Below are positions 1-9,739 of a stretch of 40,242 nucleotides of DNA, in pieces (the first letter of the stretch is position 1; each line of letters begins with the position of its first letter). Source of the DNA: Phyllosticta citribraziliensis. Its lineage: Eukaryota. The position numbers and the translations under genes were made by a program. Under the pieces are notes generated by a model, which made no database searches, was not told the origin of the DNA, and was given only the letters and a program-made list of their open reading frames with translations. The stretch is taken from NCBI RefSeq assembly GCF_038025025.1, contig NW_027117343.1:2418001-2458242 (forward strand), written 5' to 3'.

Positions 1-1806
1 TGCATTGCTTCCTTGGTCACCTGCCTTTGACTGACCATTGCACAGAAACATGCCATCTTGGAGGCCATACTCAACCTCAACCTCGACGTCAAAGATGAGA
101 GCGGACATTCCTTCTTCGACTTCTTCTCCTCGCTTTTGGTACGCGGTCTCTCAGTCTTAAACACCATATCTCCCTCTCTCATCATTTGGTCCATCGTCCT
201 ACCCTACCTGACATTCAGTAGTACCAGTGCACAGAGGCCTCAGCGACGACTGCTGCAAGTTCGGCAGAGGAGCTTGCCATCGAGCTGTGGAACCGCTTCC
301 CCGGACGGCACAAGTCGTCCTCGCCCTGGACGCATCCTCCTCTTCTGAATTTTACTTTGCTGGCGCTGTACCGCAGAGGGGCCGCTTGGTATGGCTGGTA
401 CAAGCCTATCGAGGAGGCCGCAATGAGTAAATGGCTCGCCCACGTAGGGCATAGCATGCCGTTGTGCGTGGGTTCTTGTCGGATTTGCGAGGCATATTCG
501 CGGATCCATGGAGGTGTCGTGTGAATTTGGAGCGAGTCAAGAGAGGAAAAGGCAGAACTTTAGCAATGCGGATTCTGGCTTGGGTTAAGTTCGTCAGAAA
601 AGGATTTCGCGCTAGTCCACGACTTTGAACACTGGACAGTTGGCCCTTCCAAGTCGTGTTGTTTGTATTGGGAATTTGTTCGATCGTGGCTGGTTCTGTA
701 CTCGACAAGAAGCACGGCATACCTGAATCGCAACAACATTTTCGCGTCTGTTTCGAAAGCAAGGGAGCTGGGGGACAATTTGGAACTGTTTTCGCAGCTC
801 TTTCGGAAAAGTGGCATACTTTTCTTCTTGACCAGTCGACATGCTGCAGCAACGTTTGATACTTACGAAAGGTGGCCCTGTCAATCGATGAGTCATCTGG
901 ACCTTGTTCGAACTGGAAGAGCAAGAGTATCAAGAAGTTGCTGGAACAGTGCGTAGTCGTGCGATCCAAGGAGGTGGTGGCTCAAGGACGTTCTCCGGAA
1001 CAACTGCGTTATTCCCGATTTCATTTTCCAATGCTCAAACAAAATATTCGGCTTCGGTTTCGGAAGCGAATGATGGTTTGGGGGGTCTGAGAGCTGTGAA
1101 GGGGTTGCCCTGGGTCTGGTGCCTGGGTCTTTGCGTCCAAATCCTACCTCTGCTCCGTGGCAAGTACATAGCGTCAGACGACACGACCCAATTGCAGCAG
1201 ATAGCCATGGCCTGGACGATCTGGAAAGCTTGGACACCCGAAAAGTGACATGATAGTGATTCCAAAGGATCAGATCAAGCCTCAAACGAGCCATCTCAGC
1301 GGTACACATGCCCAAGTTGCTCTCTAGTGCAGGGTAACCACATCTGACCCAAGAGCCAGGTTGCCAGAAGCGTGAGCCAGCGTGGCAGATTGGGGTGGCA
1401 CAGTTGCGTCTGGGGGCGGAGGACCATATCGTGATAAACTTCCTATTGGTTCAAAGAGACACGGGACAACAGTTGGAGTGCGTTTGCGGCGTCTGCGGCG
1501 TCTGTTGGCGTCATCCATGGCCAATCGAAGGCGCCACAAAAGTCCCACAGCGGTAGATGGTTTCGGGGAGTCGGGGGTTTTTTGAGCATCATCAACGCCT
1601 GCTGTGGTGCTGCAACAGTCGGTTTTTGTGCAGCCGTCAAGTCGAGTCGAAGATGTTTGGCTCGCTGGCGGTGGAACGGGAGACGTCCATCTCTAAGTGG
1701 AGACACAATGGCGCGTGTGATTCGATGCAACAACTGCCTGAACCAGAGCAAGCTACAGTAGAGCAGATGGTGATGGTCGAAGACGAGTTGGTGGTTTGGC
1801 GACATA

Positions 1807-1823
1807 GATGAGCTAGTCACGTG
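1807..1823 (+). promoter_or_regulatory. Putative promoter elements of the snoRNA host gene: PAC-like GATGAG (1807-1812) and E-box CACGTG (1818-1823)
   Basis: Both motifs lie just upstream of the CT-rich leader (~1880-2022) that precedes the first snoRNA intron. PAC (GATGAG) is an established fungal ribosome-biogenesis promoter motif. Function here is inferred; short motifs can occur by chance. Confidence 0.3.
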
Positions 1824-2055
1824 GAGACTTTTCGGGTGGGACGCGGTCCGTGCGCGCTAGCGGCTTACCTAGCGCGACCGCTTAATTTCTTCCTTTTCTA
1901 CCGCTCAACTTTCGAGTCTCTGCACTTTCTCTTCATCCTCTCCATCGCAAACCCCCAGGGCCTCTTCCGCCACTTCGCGCATCTTTGCCGACGGAGAGGC
2001 CCTTCTTCAACTCTTCTTTCGTGTAAGTTGCCATTGCCCCGCGTTCTTACCTCGC

Positions 2056-2142
2056 ACCGAGTGATGAGAAATTCTTATCAACGAACAATCCAACTCTTAT
2101 TCCTCCATGAGGATTCACAAGCTCTAGAATTACCCTGACCGC
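2056..2142 (+). ncRNA. Box C/D snoRNA, U45/SNORD45-like (18S guide) with a second guide to the 25S A-loop region
   Basis: Box C GTGATGA 2061-2067, D' CTTA 2096-2099, C' ATGAGGA 2107-2113, D CTGA 2135-2138. D guide AGCTCTAGAATTACC (2120-2134) is the 15-nt reverse complement of 18S GGUAAUUCUAGAGCU, in the same register as human U45 (Am159). D' guide GAACAATCCAAC (2083-2094) complements 25S GUUGGAUUGUUC. Confidence 0.9.
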
Positions 2143-2398
2143 GCTTCATGCGGACTTCGCACATCACAAATCTCTTGGTCGAGTCAGAAGCTAATTCGCC
2201 ACTCAGCATGCTCTAGTACTTGTTCTTCGTTCAACGCGCTCGACGCGTCTCAATTCACGCTTCCCGCTGCTGCCAGCTTGGAACTCGCACCTGTCGGCTA
2301 GAATGTTGGTTGGACATTGTGGGTTCCATGACTCGGGCTTGCGACCGCTTTGAAAATTGCATTAAAAGGTTGGTACCACTTGTCTATTTCATGGATAC

Positions 2399-2497
2399 GC
2401 TGGGAGTGATGATCTACCGACCCGGAAAGGCATTCCTCAATCTGAACACATGTTGTCGAATCTGTCGTTAAAAGTTTCAGCCTTGTCTGACCCAAGC
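2399..2497 (+). ncRNA. snR41: Box C/D snoRNA snR41-like (18S Gm1126 equivalent)
   Basis: Box C GTGATGA 2406-2412, D' CTGA 2442-2445, D CTGA 2487-2490, terminal stem GCTGGG/CCCAAGC. D guide AAGTTTCAGCCTTG (2472-2485) complements 18S CAAGGCUGAAACUU; the D+5 rule gives the first G of AAGG, the yeast snR41 target. D' guide AGGCATTCCTC complements 18S GAGGAAUGCCU. It is first in the conserved snR41-snR70-snR51 order. Confidence 0.88.
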
Positions 2498-2594
2498 AAT
2501 CATCCATTTTTTTATTAAACGAATGATTGAAAAGCATTAGCTAACTCGGCTTTGCCGCAGGTACTACTCCCCTCGCACCTTCACCGTACCACCT

Positions 2595-2737
2595 CTCGCA
2601 TATCATGAGGAAATTTGAACGAACGGGCGGACAGACTGTGCAGCTCTTGGACGACACCCGTTAAAAACAAGGCGTACAAACCTTGGGGTGTTGCGCTAAG
2701 GGATTGCTTGTTGAGAATTCGTCAGCTGATCCGCGAG
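2595..2737 (+). ncRNA. snR70: Box C/D snoRNA snR70-like (18S Cm1639 equivalent, decoding site)
   Basis: Box C ATGAGGA 2605-2611; guide ACGGGCGG (2623-2630) before D' CAGA (2632-2635) complements 18S CCGCCCGU, and D'+5 is the C after CCG. Long internal hairpin ACACCC..CAAGG/CCTTG..GGGTGT, D CTGA 2726-2729, terminal stem CTCGC/GCGAG. Middle position of the cluster. Confidence 0.85.
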
Positions 2738-2828
2738 CGATTGCACGGCATCTGTTGTTCAGGTTTTGGAGCTTCGAAACTAACAATCAAGATGCAGGTA
2801 CGATTCACGACGCTTTTCTTCACCTACG

Positions 2829-2996
2829 GCCATCTTTTATGATGATCACTATTCACACTGTTTGATCCGGCTTCGTGTAACGAACGTTGCCGGGCATGAG
2901 ATTTAAACACTGAAAATTCTGATTTAATGAGGTTCGTTGCCCTTCGCTCACGACAAATATACCTGCTGACATGCGACACAGCCTGAATACGATGGC
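2829..2996 (+). ncRNA. snR51: Box C/D snoRNA snR51-like (25S Um2729 and 18S Am100 equivalents), interrupted by a predicted internal intron 2932-2981
   Basis: Box C ATGATGA 2839-2845. Guide TATTCACACTG (2850-2860) with D' TTGA 2862-2865 complements 25S CAGUGUGAAUA. Hairpin CCGGC/GCCGG 2867-2893. Guide CTGATTTAATGAG|C complements 18S GCUCAUUAAAUCAG. D box CTGA 2983-2986 follows the guide only after splicing out 2932-2981. Terminal stem GCCATC (2829-2834)/GATGGC (2991-2996). Confidence 0.88.
2932..2981 (+). other. Predicted 50-nt spliceosomal intron nested inside snR51, itself inside host intron 2798-3065
   Basis: Donor GTTCGT at 2932, branch GCTGAC 2965-2970, acceptor CAG 2979-2981. Its removal joins ...TTTAATGAG to CCTGA, restoring the exact D+5 register on 18S A100. 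Confidence 0.78.
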
Positions 2997-3137
2997 TTTG
3001 GCCGCAGCTTTTTGCAAGTTTTGTTTGACGTCAGAGCTTGCGCTGACCCATGTGCGTCGCTGCAGATACCCAGCATGGATTTACGCCGTTCTTTCGATTA
3101 TGAGTAAGTCTACCCGTTTGCTTTCAAGATGCACTTG

Positions 3138-3225
3138 GCTTCCTGATGAACCGAATATTCGCTGTGTTCTTCCTGAGACACGACGTTGAAGAAAAAAATA
3201 ATATTCACCTTGGAGAACTGAAACA
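3138..3225 (+). ncRNA. Box C/D snoRNA, U55/SNORD55-like (25S) with a second guide to 5.8S rRNA
   Basis: Box C CTGATGA 3143-3149. D' guide TTCGCTGTGTTCTTC (3158-3172) with CTGA 3173-3176 pairs with 5.8S GAAGAACGCAGCGAA (one G-U). C' TTGAAGA 3186-3192. D guide TTCACCTTGGAGA (3204-3216) with CTGA 3218-3221 pairs with 25S UCUCCAAGGUGAA in the U55 register. Distal stem AGATGCA/TGCATCT. Confidence 0.88.
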
Positions 3226-3631
3226 CTTCCATCTCTGCATCTCTGAAAACTCGCTGTCGTTAGTTTCAGCTGCTGATTGGTCAACAGTACCCATATCGCT
3301 GGATAGAACAAGTAGATAGCAAATGCAAGGATTTGAGCTGTAAATTATCGTGCTATGAACATGACTCGCAACGTGAAGTAGACTCCCTCGGCAAGGCTTG
3401 ATACAAATATGCTCGACAGATAGCTTTGATACGCGTCCAACACATGGTGAAGCAGACTCGAGGTGTTGGTGCCAAATTTGTGTTGCTCCCCGACAGCTCG
3501 CTGGCGGGTGATCGGCGACGGGCAAGCGAACAGTTGCTGGCAACCTGAAAGGAGGACGCAGTCCGCCGCAAGCTCGACCTCTCCATGTCCCGCAACATGC
3601 CGCCACAACAACACATGGCTTCTCCCGTACT

Positions 3632-6600
3632 ATGGAACTCCGTCGCTGGGATGTGATCCTCGCCTGTGTCGCACTCTTCATTGCTTGGGGATACGTCACT
3701 CACTGGGCCCCGTCGTTGCGCTATGCTCCTCACGCCTTCATCGCTGGAATCGCCGTCACGATAGCCGGAACGACCTACGTAATCCTGTCAACCACCCGCG
3801 CACCTCACCATGGCGACATTCGACCGATTCGCGCTCCGCATCACGTTTCCTTTGTTTCTGCGCAAGCGTGGCAAAAGGAAACCGCCTCGCTGAAGCAGAG
3901 ATCCATCTACCGAAGAGAACCGCTGTACCCGTCCTCCTTTCTCGTCTCCGACCACCTCGACAAGCTTCTCGACCTGATACTACGCGACTTTGTACAGAGC
4001 TGGTATGGAAACATCAGCCCGCGGCCGACCTTTACAAATGAAGTGGACAGAGCAATTCGCGCGGCGCTGTCCAGCATCCGCGACAAGCTGCTGGCGGTGG
4101 ACCTGGTCGAGATGACCATATCGCGGCTGGTGCCCATGATAACGGCGCACATGAGGGACTTTTACGAAGCAGAACGTGTCGTGCGTGGCCGGAAGCTCTC
4201 GAGGGACATTACAGAATCAGAGGAGCTTGACATGGCCATAGCAGCCAAGTATCGCGATGGCAAGCTGCACCCGGCGGCTTCTCTCACGTACAATAATCCC
4301 AAGACTGTGCAGCAACAGCATCTGCGAGGCATTGTGACGCGGCTCATGTCCCAAGTTCTGCCACGGAATATGCGAACGAGCCTGGCTGTCAACACGTTGA
4401 TCAAGGAGATTGTTGCTTGCGCGGTCCTCTGCCCAATCATGGAACTGCTCTCGGATCCGGATACATGGAATCAGATGTTGGAGGGGTATGGACGTACACT
4501 GCTACAGGACCGCAAAACAGTGCGAAAGCTCCGAGCTGCCCTCGACGAACACGCTCCACAGTCGCCCAAAAATCCGAACCCCACCTCCTTTCCACGGCTT
4601 GCTCCTGGGGATAACGAACGCAAGTTTGAGCGGTTCATACGAGCTATACGCCAGTGTAGCTCGCTGTCTGATGCCCGAAGAGCTAGGAGTGAGATTGCCA
4701 GTCAATACAAGAAAGAGGTGCGAGTGGAGGGACAAGACCAGCTATATCTGCGTCGCTTGGAGACCGCTCGTCGGATCTTGGATCAAAGGGTTGTCCATCT
4801 CAGCGCCGGAGGTACTGCTGCTCAAAAACCCTCGCTCCAAGTCCCAGGGTCTTTGCCGCGCGAAAATTCAAGGCTGGAAAACGCTACGCTTCAACATGTC
4901 TTGCATGATTCCTCTGGCTTGTCATACTTTATGGAGTTCATGGATCGTCAAGGGCTGATGCCTCTTGTCCAGTTCTGGATAGTGGTCGATGGATTCCGGA
5001 ACCCCCTTGAAGAAGACATGGGCGAAACTGATGAACCGGGTCTTGACCATTCGTTTGGTGGATCGGACCGCGCTGATCTGGCTCAAATCTACGAGGCCTA
5101 TCTGGTCAAGCCTGAACTTGCAGTGCCCGATCATCTGCGTCGCACCGTCGACGACTTCCTCAAGGCGGGCAAGAAGGCGACAAGCGCACAGTATCTCGCA
5201 GCTAGGCGTGCTGTTCTGCAAACACAAACATCCGTATATCTGGCCATGCAAGATAAGCATTTCCCTCGATTCAAAAAGTCGGATCTCTGGTACAAGTGGC
5301 TGGCATCCGACGAAGCTTCTGCAATGTCCAAGAATCTTAGTCCGACCAAAGGCCCTATTCACACCAACTCGTACAGTGGACCACCAGCACTAGGAGCAGC
5401 ACCACCCTCTCTGCCTCGGACACTGTCCAGTCAATCTATCGATCTTCGGCGGGCGGCGGTTTCGACATCTGACCTCAAAAGCGCAAAGCCAACATCAGCA
5501 GGTCCGCTGCGGAGATCTTTGGATGACACAGGGAGACCACCACTGTTCGATGACGACATGGAGAATGATCCTCTGGCGGGCTCGACGCAAAGTGTGGATT
5601 CCGAGTATGATGTGGGCAGAGGGCGCGATGACAATGCGCAGGTCGTCGATGCCATGCAAGAGGCCCTGAACGACATCATGGACAATGAACCTGACAGAGA
5701 TTCTCTTTTCTCTGATGGACCAAAGTCTGTACAGGAGAATGAATCAATGCGGGGCTCATTGGAAATCACTCGGTCCTCATCGCCTGCCTTTCTCAAGAAA
5801 GACTCGAAGGACAAACCGAATATCGCATCCCTTGGACTCGTGGGCGCACCAAAGACCAGAGGTGTTTTTGAAGATGACTTGTTTGGAGATGAGGAGGAAA
5901 AGTTTCTTGAGGACGAAATAGAAGACTCGGACCCGAATGATAACGAAGAAGACGCAATTCATGAAGCGGCCCCCGGCGACCTAGGTCTGGCAGAGGCAAT
6001 TGATGCCTTGACGCTCGAAATCGACCGTCTGTCGAATCAAGAATCTATCGTCGACTCTCTCACGAACAAAGCTGAACTCACAAACAATGCGGCGGAGTTG
6101 AGAATTTTAAGGAAGTCAAAAGCAAGTCTGCAAAGAGAGATCCATCGAAAAGAATTGCAGCGCCAGCAGTATGTCATTCAAGAGAGCGACAACAGTTTGT
6201 ACGGTCGGGCAACTGTGTCTATACAGTCTATCATGGTCGGCAAGGACGAAGAAGGCGGAGAATTCGCTCTATGTAAGTCAAGTTTCTGGTAATTGATGTC
6301 CGTAGCTTACAGTGTCAGATGTCATCGAGGTCCGTCGAGCACCTGGAGAACACATGCCGGCCGCCACCTGGGTCGTTCCGCGACGATACAGCGAATTCCA
6401 CGAGCTTAACAAGCGCCTTCGTTCCAAGTACCCCATGATTCGCAACCTCGAATTTCCGCGCCGCCAAGTGATGCTGAAGCTCCAACGAGACTTTTTGCAA
6501 AAGCGACGAGCATCGCTCGAAAAGTGGCTTAGAGAATTGCTCCTCATTCCGGCCATCTGCCGCAGCCGCGAGCTACGGGCATTCCTCTCCCAGCGTACCA

Positions 6601-7650
6601 TCTCGACTGGAGGCGACGCTGGCGCTGACCAGCGCGGGGACATTGTCTCCCGCATCTACAGCTCCGTCACGGACGGCATGGAGGAATTTCTGGGCAACAT
6701 CCCCGTCCTCGATCAGCTATCTCTCGCAGGCCAGAACCTCATCTCTGCTGCCACGACACAACTGCAGCAAAATGCAGCTGGATCCGGAGGTCCAAACAGC
6801 GCCTCGTCCAATGGAACCGGCACGGCCAGTCTATCAAGTCCAACACAGGGACCTCCGCCTTCAGCAGCCCTTGCTGCTGCAGCGACAAGTACTAGTCCCC
6901 TCGTCAACGACCCTCAGACTGCGGCGGAAGCCGAAGCTGAGCTGCGGGCATACGAGAACAGTCGCAACGGAGTCGGCGGGGATCTTTCGAGCGGTCCGCC
7001 GTCCTTTATCAAACCGATATGCGACCTCTTTCTCGAAGCCTTTGAGCTGAACCGCGAGAACAACTGGCTGCGCGGCCGGGCCGTCGTTATGGTGCTGCAC
7101 CAGCTGCTCGGCGGCACGATTGAGCGCAAGGTGCGCGAAAACGTGCGCGCCATGGTTGCTGACGAGAGCATCGTGAAGTGGGTCGGCGTCGTCAGGGGCG
7201 CGCTGTTCCCCGAGAACATCAGCCCTGCCGGCGAAAGCAACGGCGACGAACAGCGCCCGGGCATGCTATCACCGCTCGGCGACGATGGAGGCATTGCCGG
7301 TGGTCCTGGCGGCGTCATCATCGGCGGCGTCGCCGAGGGCGTCGTCAAGGAGCGCCGCAGGGACAAGCAGCCGCGCACCTTGGCGCAGCGCGAGCAGAGC
7401 CGCAAGGAGGCCGGCTTGCTGCTCGCCACGCTCATTCCGGACCTGGCGGGCAGCGTGGTGGGCCGGGCGAATGCGCAGGCAGCGAGTCGGAGGGTGTTGG
7501 CTACGCTGAACAATCAGCGCTTGAAGTAAGTCGCAGGTTTCTGTCCCTTGTTGCTGGTTGCGACCATGTGCTGACTTTTTTCTCCTTTGAAGCACCCACC
7601 TCGTCTTCTCCTTGCTGGACGAAATCATTCAGACCGTTTTTGGCGCGTAG
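3632..7650 (+). CDS. MDM1: PXA-RGS-PX-PXC sorting nexin of the Mdm1/SNX13/SNX14/SNX25 family, ~1301 aa
   Basis: Exons 3632-6272, 6319-7525, 7593-7650, joined by GTAAGT..AG introns with frame kept. Two N-terminal TM segments, PXA (LLDLILRDFVQSWYGNIS), RGS-like (LSYFMEFMDRQG..LVQFW), PX (WVVPRRYSEFHELNKRLR..LEFP), nexin C-terminal (NNWLRGRAV; LNTHLVFSLLDEII). Confidence 0.93.
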
Positions 7651-8009
7651 GAGCTGAAGAGCGAGCATCGTATTTGGCAGGCGATTCCATTTGACCACAT
7701 TAGCGAGTGCATCCATCACATCACCACAACACCTAACCTCCCCTAATGTTTGCTCCCTCATTCAACCAGCCTCAAAGCACTTTTCATTGTAGACAAGCGG
7801 GTCAAGAGGACGGAGTGGCGAGAGGAGTTTTAGAGACAGCCTGTATCACCTGTACTGGAACCTTGTGTTGCTTCATTTCATGTCGATTATTCGAAGCTAC
7901 CTCTTTCCTAATTTTGGGAATGGGTTTGAGCATTTCAAACAGCCCTGACTTTCTGCTTTTTGGTGATTGTTGACACGAAATGATGTAGGCACAGCAGAGC
8001 TTCGATCGT

Positions 8010-9522
8010 CTAGCCAGGCGACAAGCCACCCTTCCAGTATTTTGAGGGAACAAACGGCATCTTTGTCACCTGTGCCTTGCGGCTCTTGCCTCGGATAATA
8101 ACTTCGACCTCCGTCCCGCTCTTGTGGAATCCGTCCTTGATATATCCCATGGCGATGTTCTTCTTGAGCGTCGGGCTCGGACAGCCGCTCGTCACCTTGC
8201 CAATGGTGACGCCCTTTGGACCCTTGGGCTCTACGATCTCGGCGCCCTCTCGCGCTGGTGGGCCTTCCACGATTAGGCCCACGCGTCTCCTGGACACGCC
8301 TGTCCCGCCGTTCTTCTTGGTCTTGAGCTGCGCCAGGATCACGTCATCGCCGTGGAAGCCGCCCTTTTCACGACGCTCCTTGGCAACGATCCATCCCAGG
8401 GCCGCTTCGACGGGCGTCGTCGTGTCGTCCAGATCGTGTCCGTACAAACACATTCCGGCCTCCAGGCGCAAGCTGTCGCGCGCACCGAGCCCAGCAAGGC
8501 GCACCTTCTCGGGCCCTGCTGACTCGAGTAGCCATTCGGCGAGTGCGGCGGTATGCTCGGCAGGAATGCTTATTTCGAAGCCGTCTTCGCCCGTGTACCC
8601 ACCGCGGCTGACCAAGATGTCGTGGACAAATTGACCAGATGGCAGTTCGACCGAAAAGTAGCGGCTTTGTCCAAACAGCAGCGTCTCCAATTTGTGGGCA
8701 ACGCCCTTGGGCAAGGCGTCGTTGAGGATTTCAGCGGAGAGCGGGCCTTGAAGGGCGATGAGCCCGCGGCCGTCTAGCCGCTCCCACTTGACGTCTTCCT
8801 CGGTGCTGTGTGTCTGCTCGCGGAAGTCAGCCAGCTCGCGGCCCAGGTACAAGGCGTCCTTGTCGCGGCACGCCGCGTTGGTCACCACGTAGAAGCGGTT
8901 GCCGGGCAGCGCGGTGATGATGGTGTCGTCGACGATGCCGCCGGTTTGCGGGTGCAGCAATGCAGACAGAGTCGAGGTGTGCGGCGCGAGGGTCGTGGCG
9001 GCGCTGGGCGTGATGCGCTCGAGGAAGAGGCCGGCTTTGGGTCCGGAAAAGTAGTGTTGGACCCTGTGAACAGAACAAGGGCGCAGGGTCAGATTGACAT
9101 GCAATTGAAGCACAATCAATACAGAATATGGCTTGGTGGACGTACATGTGGCTGACGTCAAAAAGACTGGCCTTTTCACGGGTCCAGTTGTGTGAGTCGA
9201 CCAGACTCAGGTCCTTGTACAGCACCGGCATGGCATAGCCGCCAAAGGGCACGATTTTGGCTCCATAGCTGAGGTGAAGGTCGTAGAGCGGCGTCTGGGC
9301 GAGTTCAAGGTCATGGGCGACGTCGGAGACGTGGCGGACGGAGTGTTGTTGTTGTGCAATGGTAGCTGATGGTATGAGGTAATTGGCAATCGGGCCCGGC
9401 GAGCTGCCATGCGGGGAGAACAGCTTGGTCCGCAGCGGCCGGCTCAGCGTCGAGAGGTTGCGAGGGCGGGCAATGCCTTGGGCAAGAGGCGCAATGAGCG
9501 ATACTCCTCTTCTAGAAGCCAT
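8010..9522 (-). CDS. GCV1: Mitochondrial aminomethyltransferase (glycine cleavage T protein), ~476 aa
   Basis: Exons 9522-9146 and 9063-8010 (intron 9064-9145, GTACGT..CAG). Motifs TPLYDLH, FDVSHM, SRGGYTGEDGFEI, GLGARDSLRLEAGMCLYG, VTSGCPSPTLKKNIAMGY. Arg/Ser-rich N-terminal presequence. Confidence 0.97.
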
Positions 9523-9739
9523 TTTGAGGGATGCAGAAGAAAAAAAAGGGCAGAGCAGACCAAGTGATAGATAAGGTGCATGGGTCGAGCTCATGGCGGC
9601 CGACTGGGGTCCCGCACTCAACTTGGCTCGAGCTCCACGTCGGGTCTGGGCAGCACCGCCAGCAACCATCGCCGGACCACGGCTCCATCATCTACCAAGT
9701 CGAGCTCTACTCTCCTCCGCCATCGACCCGACGCCCACC

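Larger units (their letters stand above)
1890..3350 (+). ncRNA. Non-coding multi-intron snoRNA host transcript (ends approximate)
   Basis: Five predicted host introns, each holding one C/D snoRNA: 2023-2206 (GTAAGT..CTAAT..CAG), 2369-2560 (GTTGGT..CTAAC..CAG), 2561-2797 (GTACTA..CTAAC..CAG), 2798-3065 (GTACGA..CTGAC..CAG), 3104-3287 (GTAAGT..CTGAT..CAG). The exons carry no convincing ORF. Confidence 0.8.

Noticed and set aside
1..1800. Overlapping ORFs of 70-190 aa, some protein-like on the minus strand (e.g. 406-969, 893-1315)
   Set aside because: No recognisable domain and no consistent exon chain could be built. It may be a decayed gene, but I cannot support a call.
2428..2445. Calling the second snoRNA snR57
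   Set aside because: The guide overlaps the snR57 target region but the register is shifted by one nt. The D guide and cluster position identify it as snR41.
2910..2922. CTGA at 2910-2913 or 2919-2922 as the D box of an unspliced snR51
   Set aside because: Neither has an rRNA-complementary guide upstream that I can identify. Both would leave the perfect A100 guide and the GCCATC/GATGGC stem unexplained. Kept only as the alternative hypothesis.
1821..3311. Short ORFs across the snoRNA cluster
   Set aside because: They run through snoRNA boxes and introns and lack coding character; the non-coding host model explains the region better.
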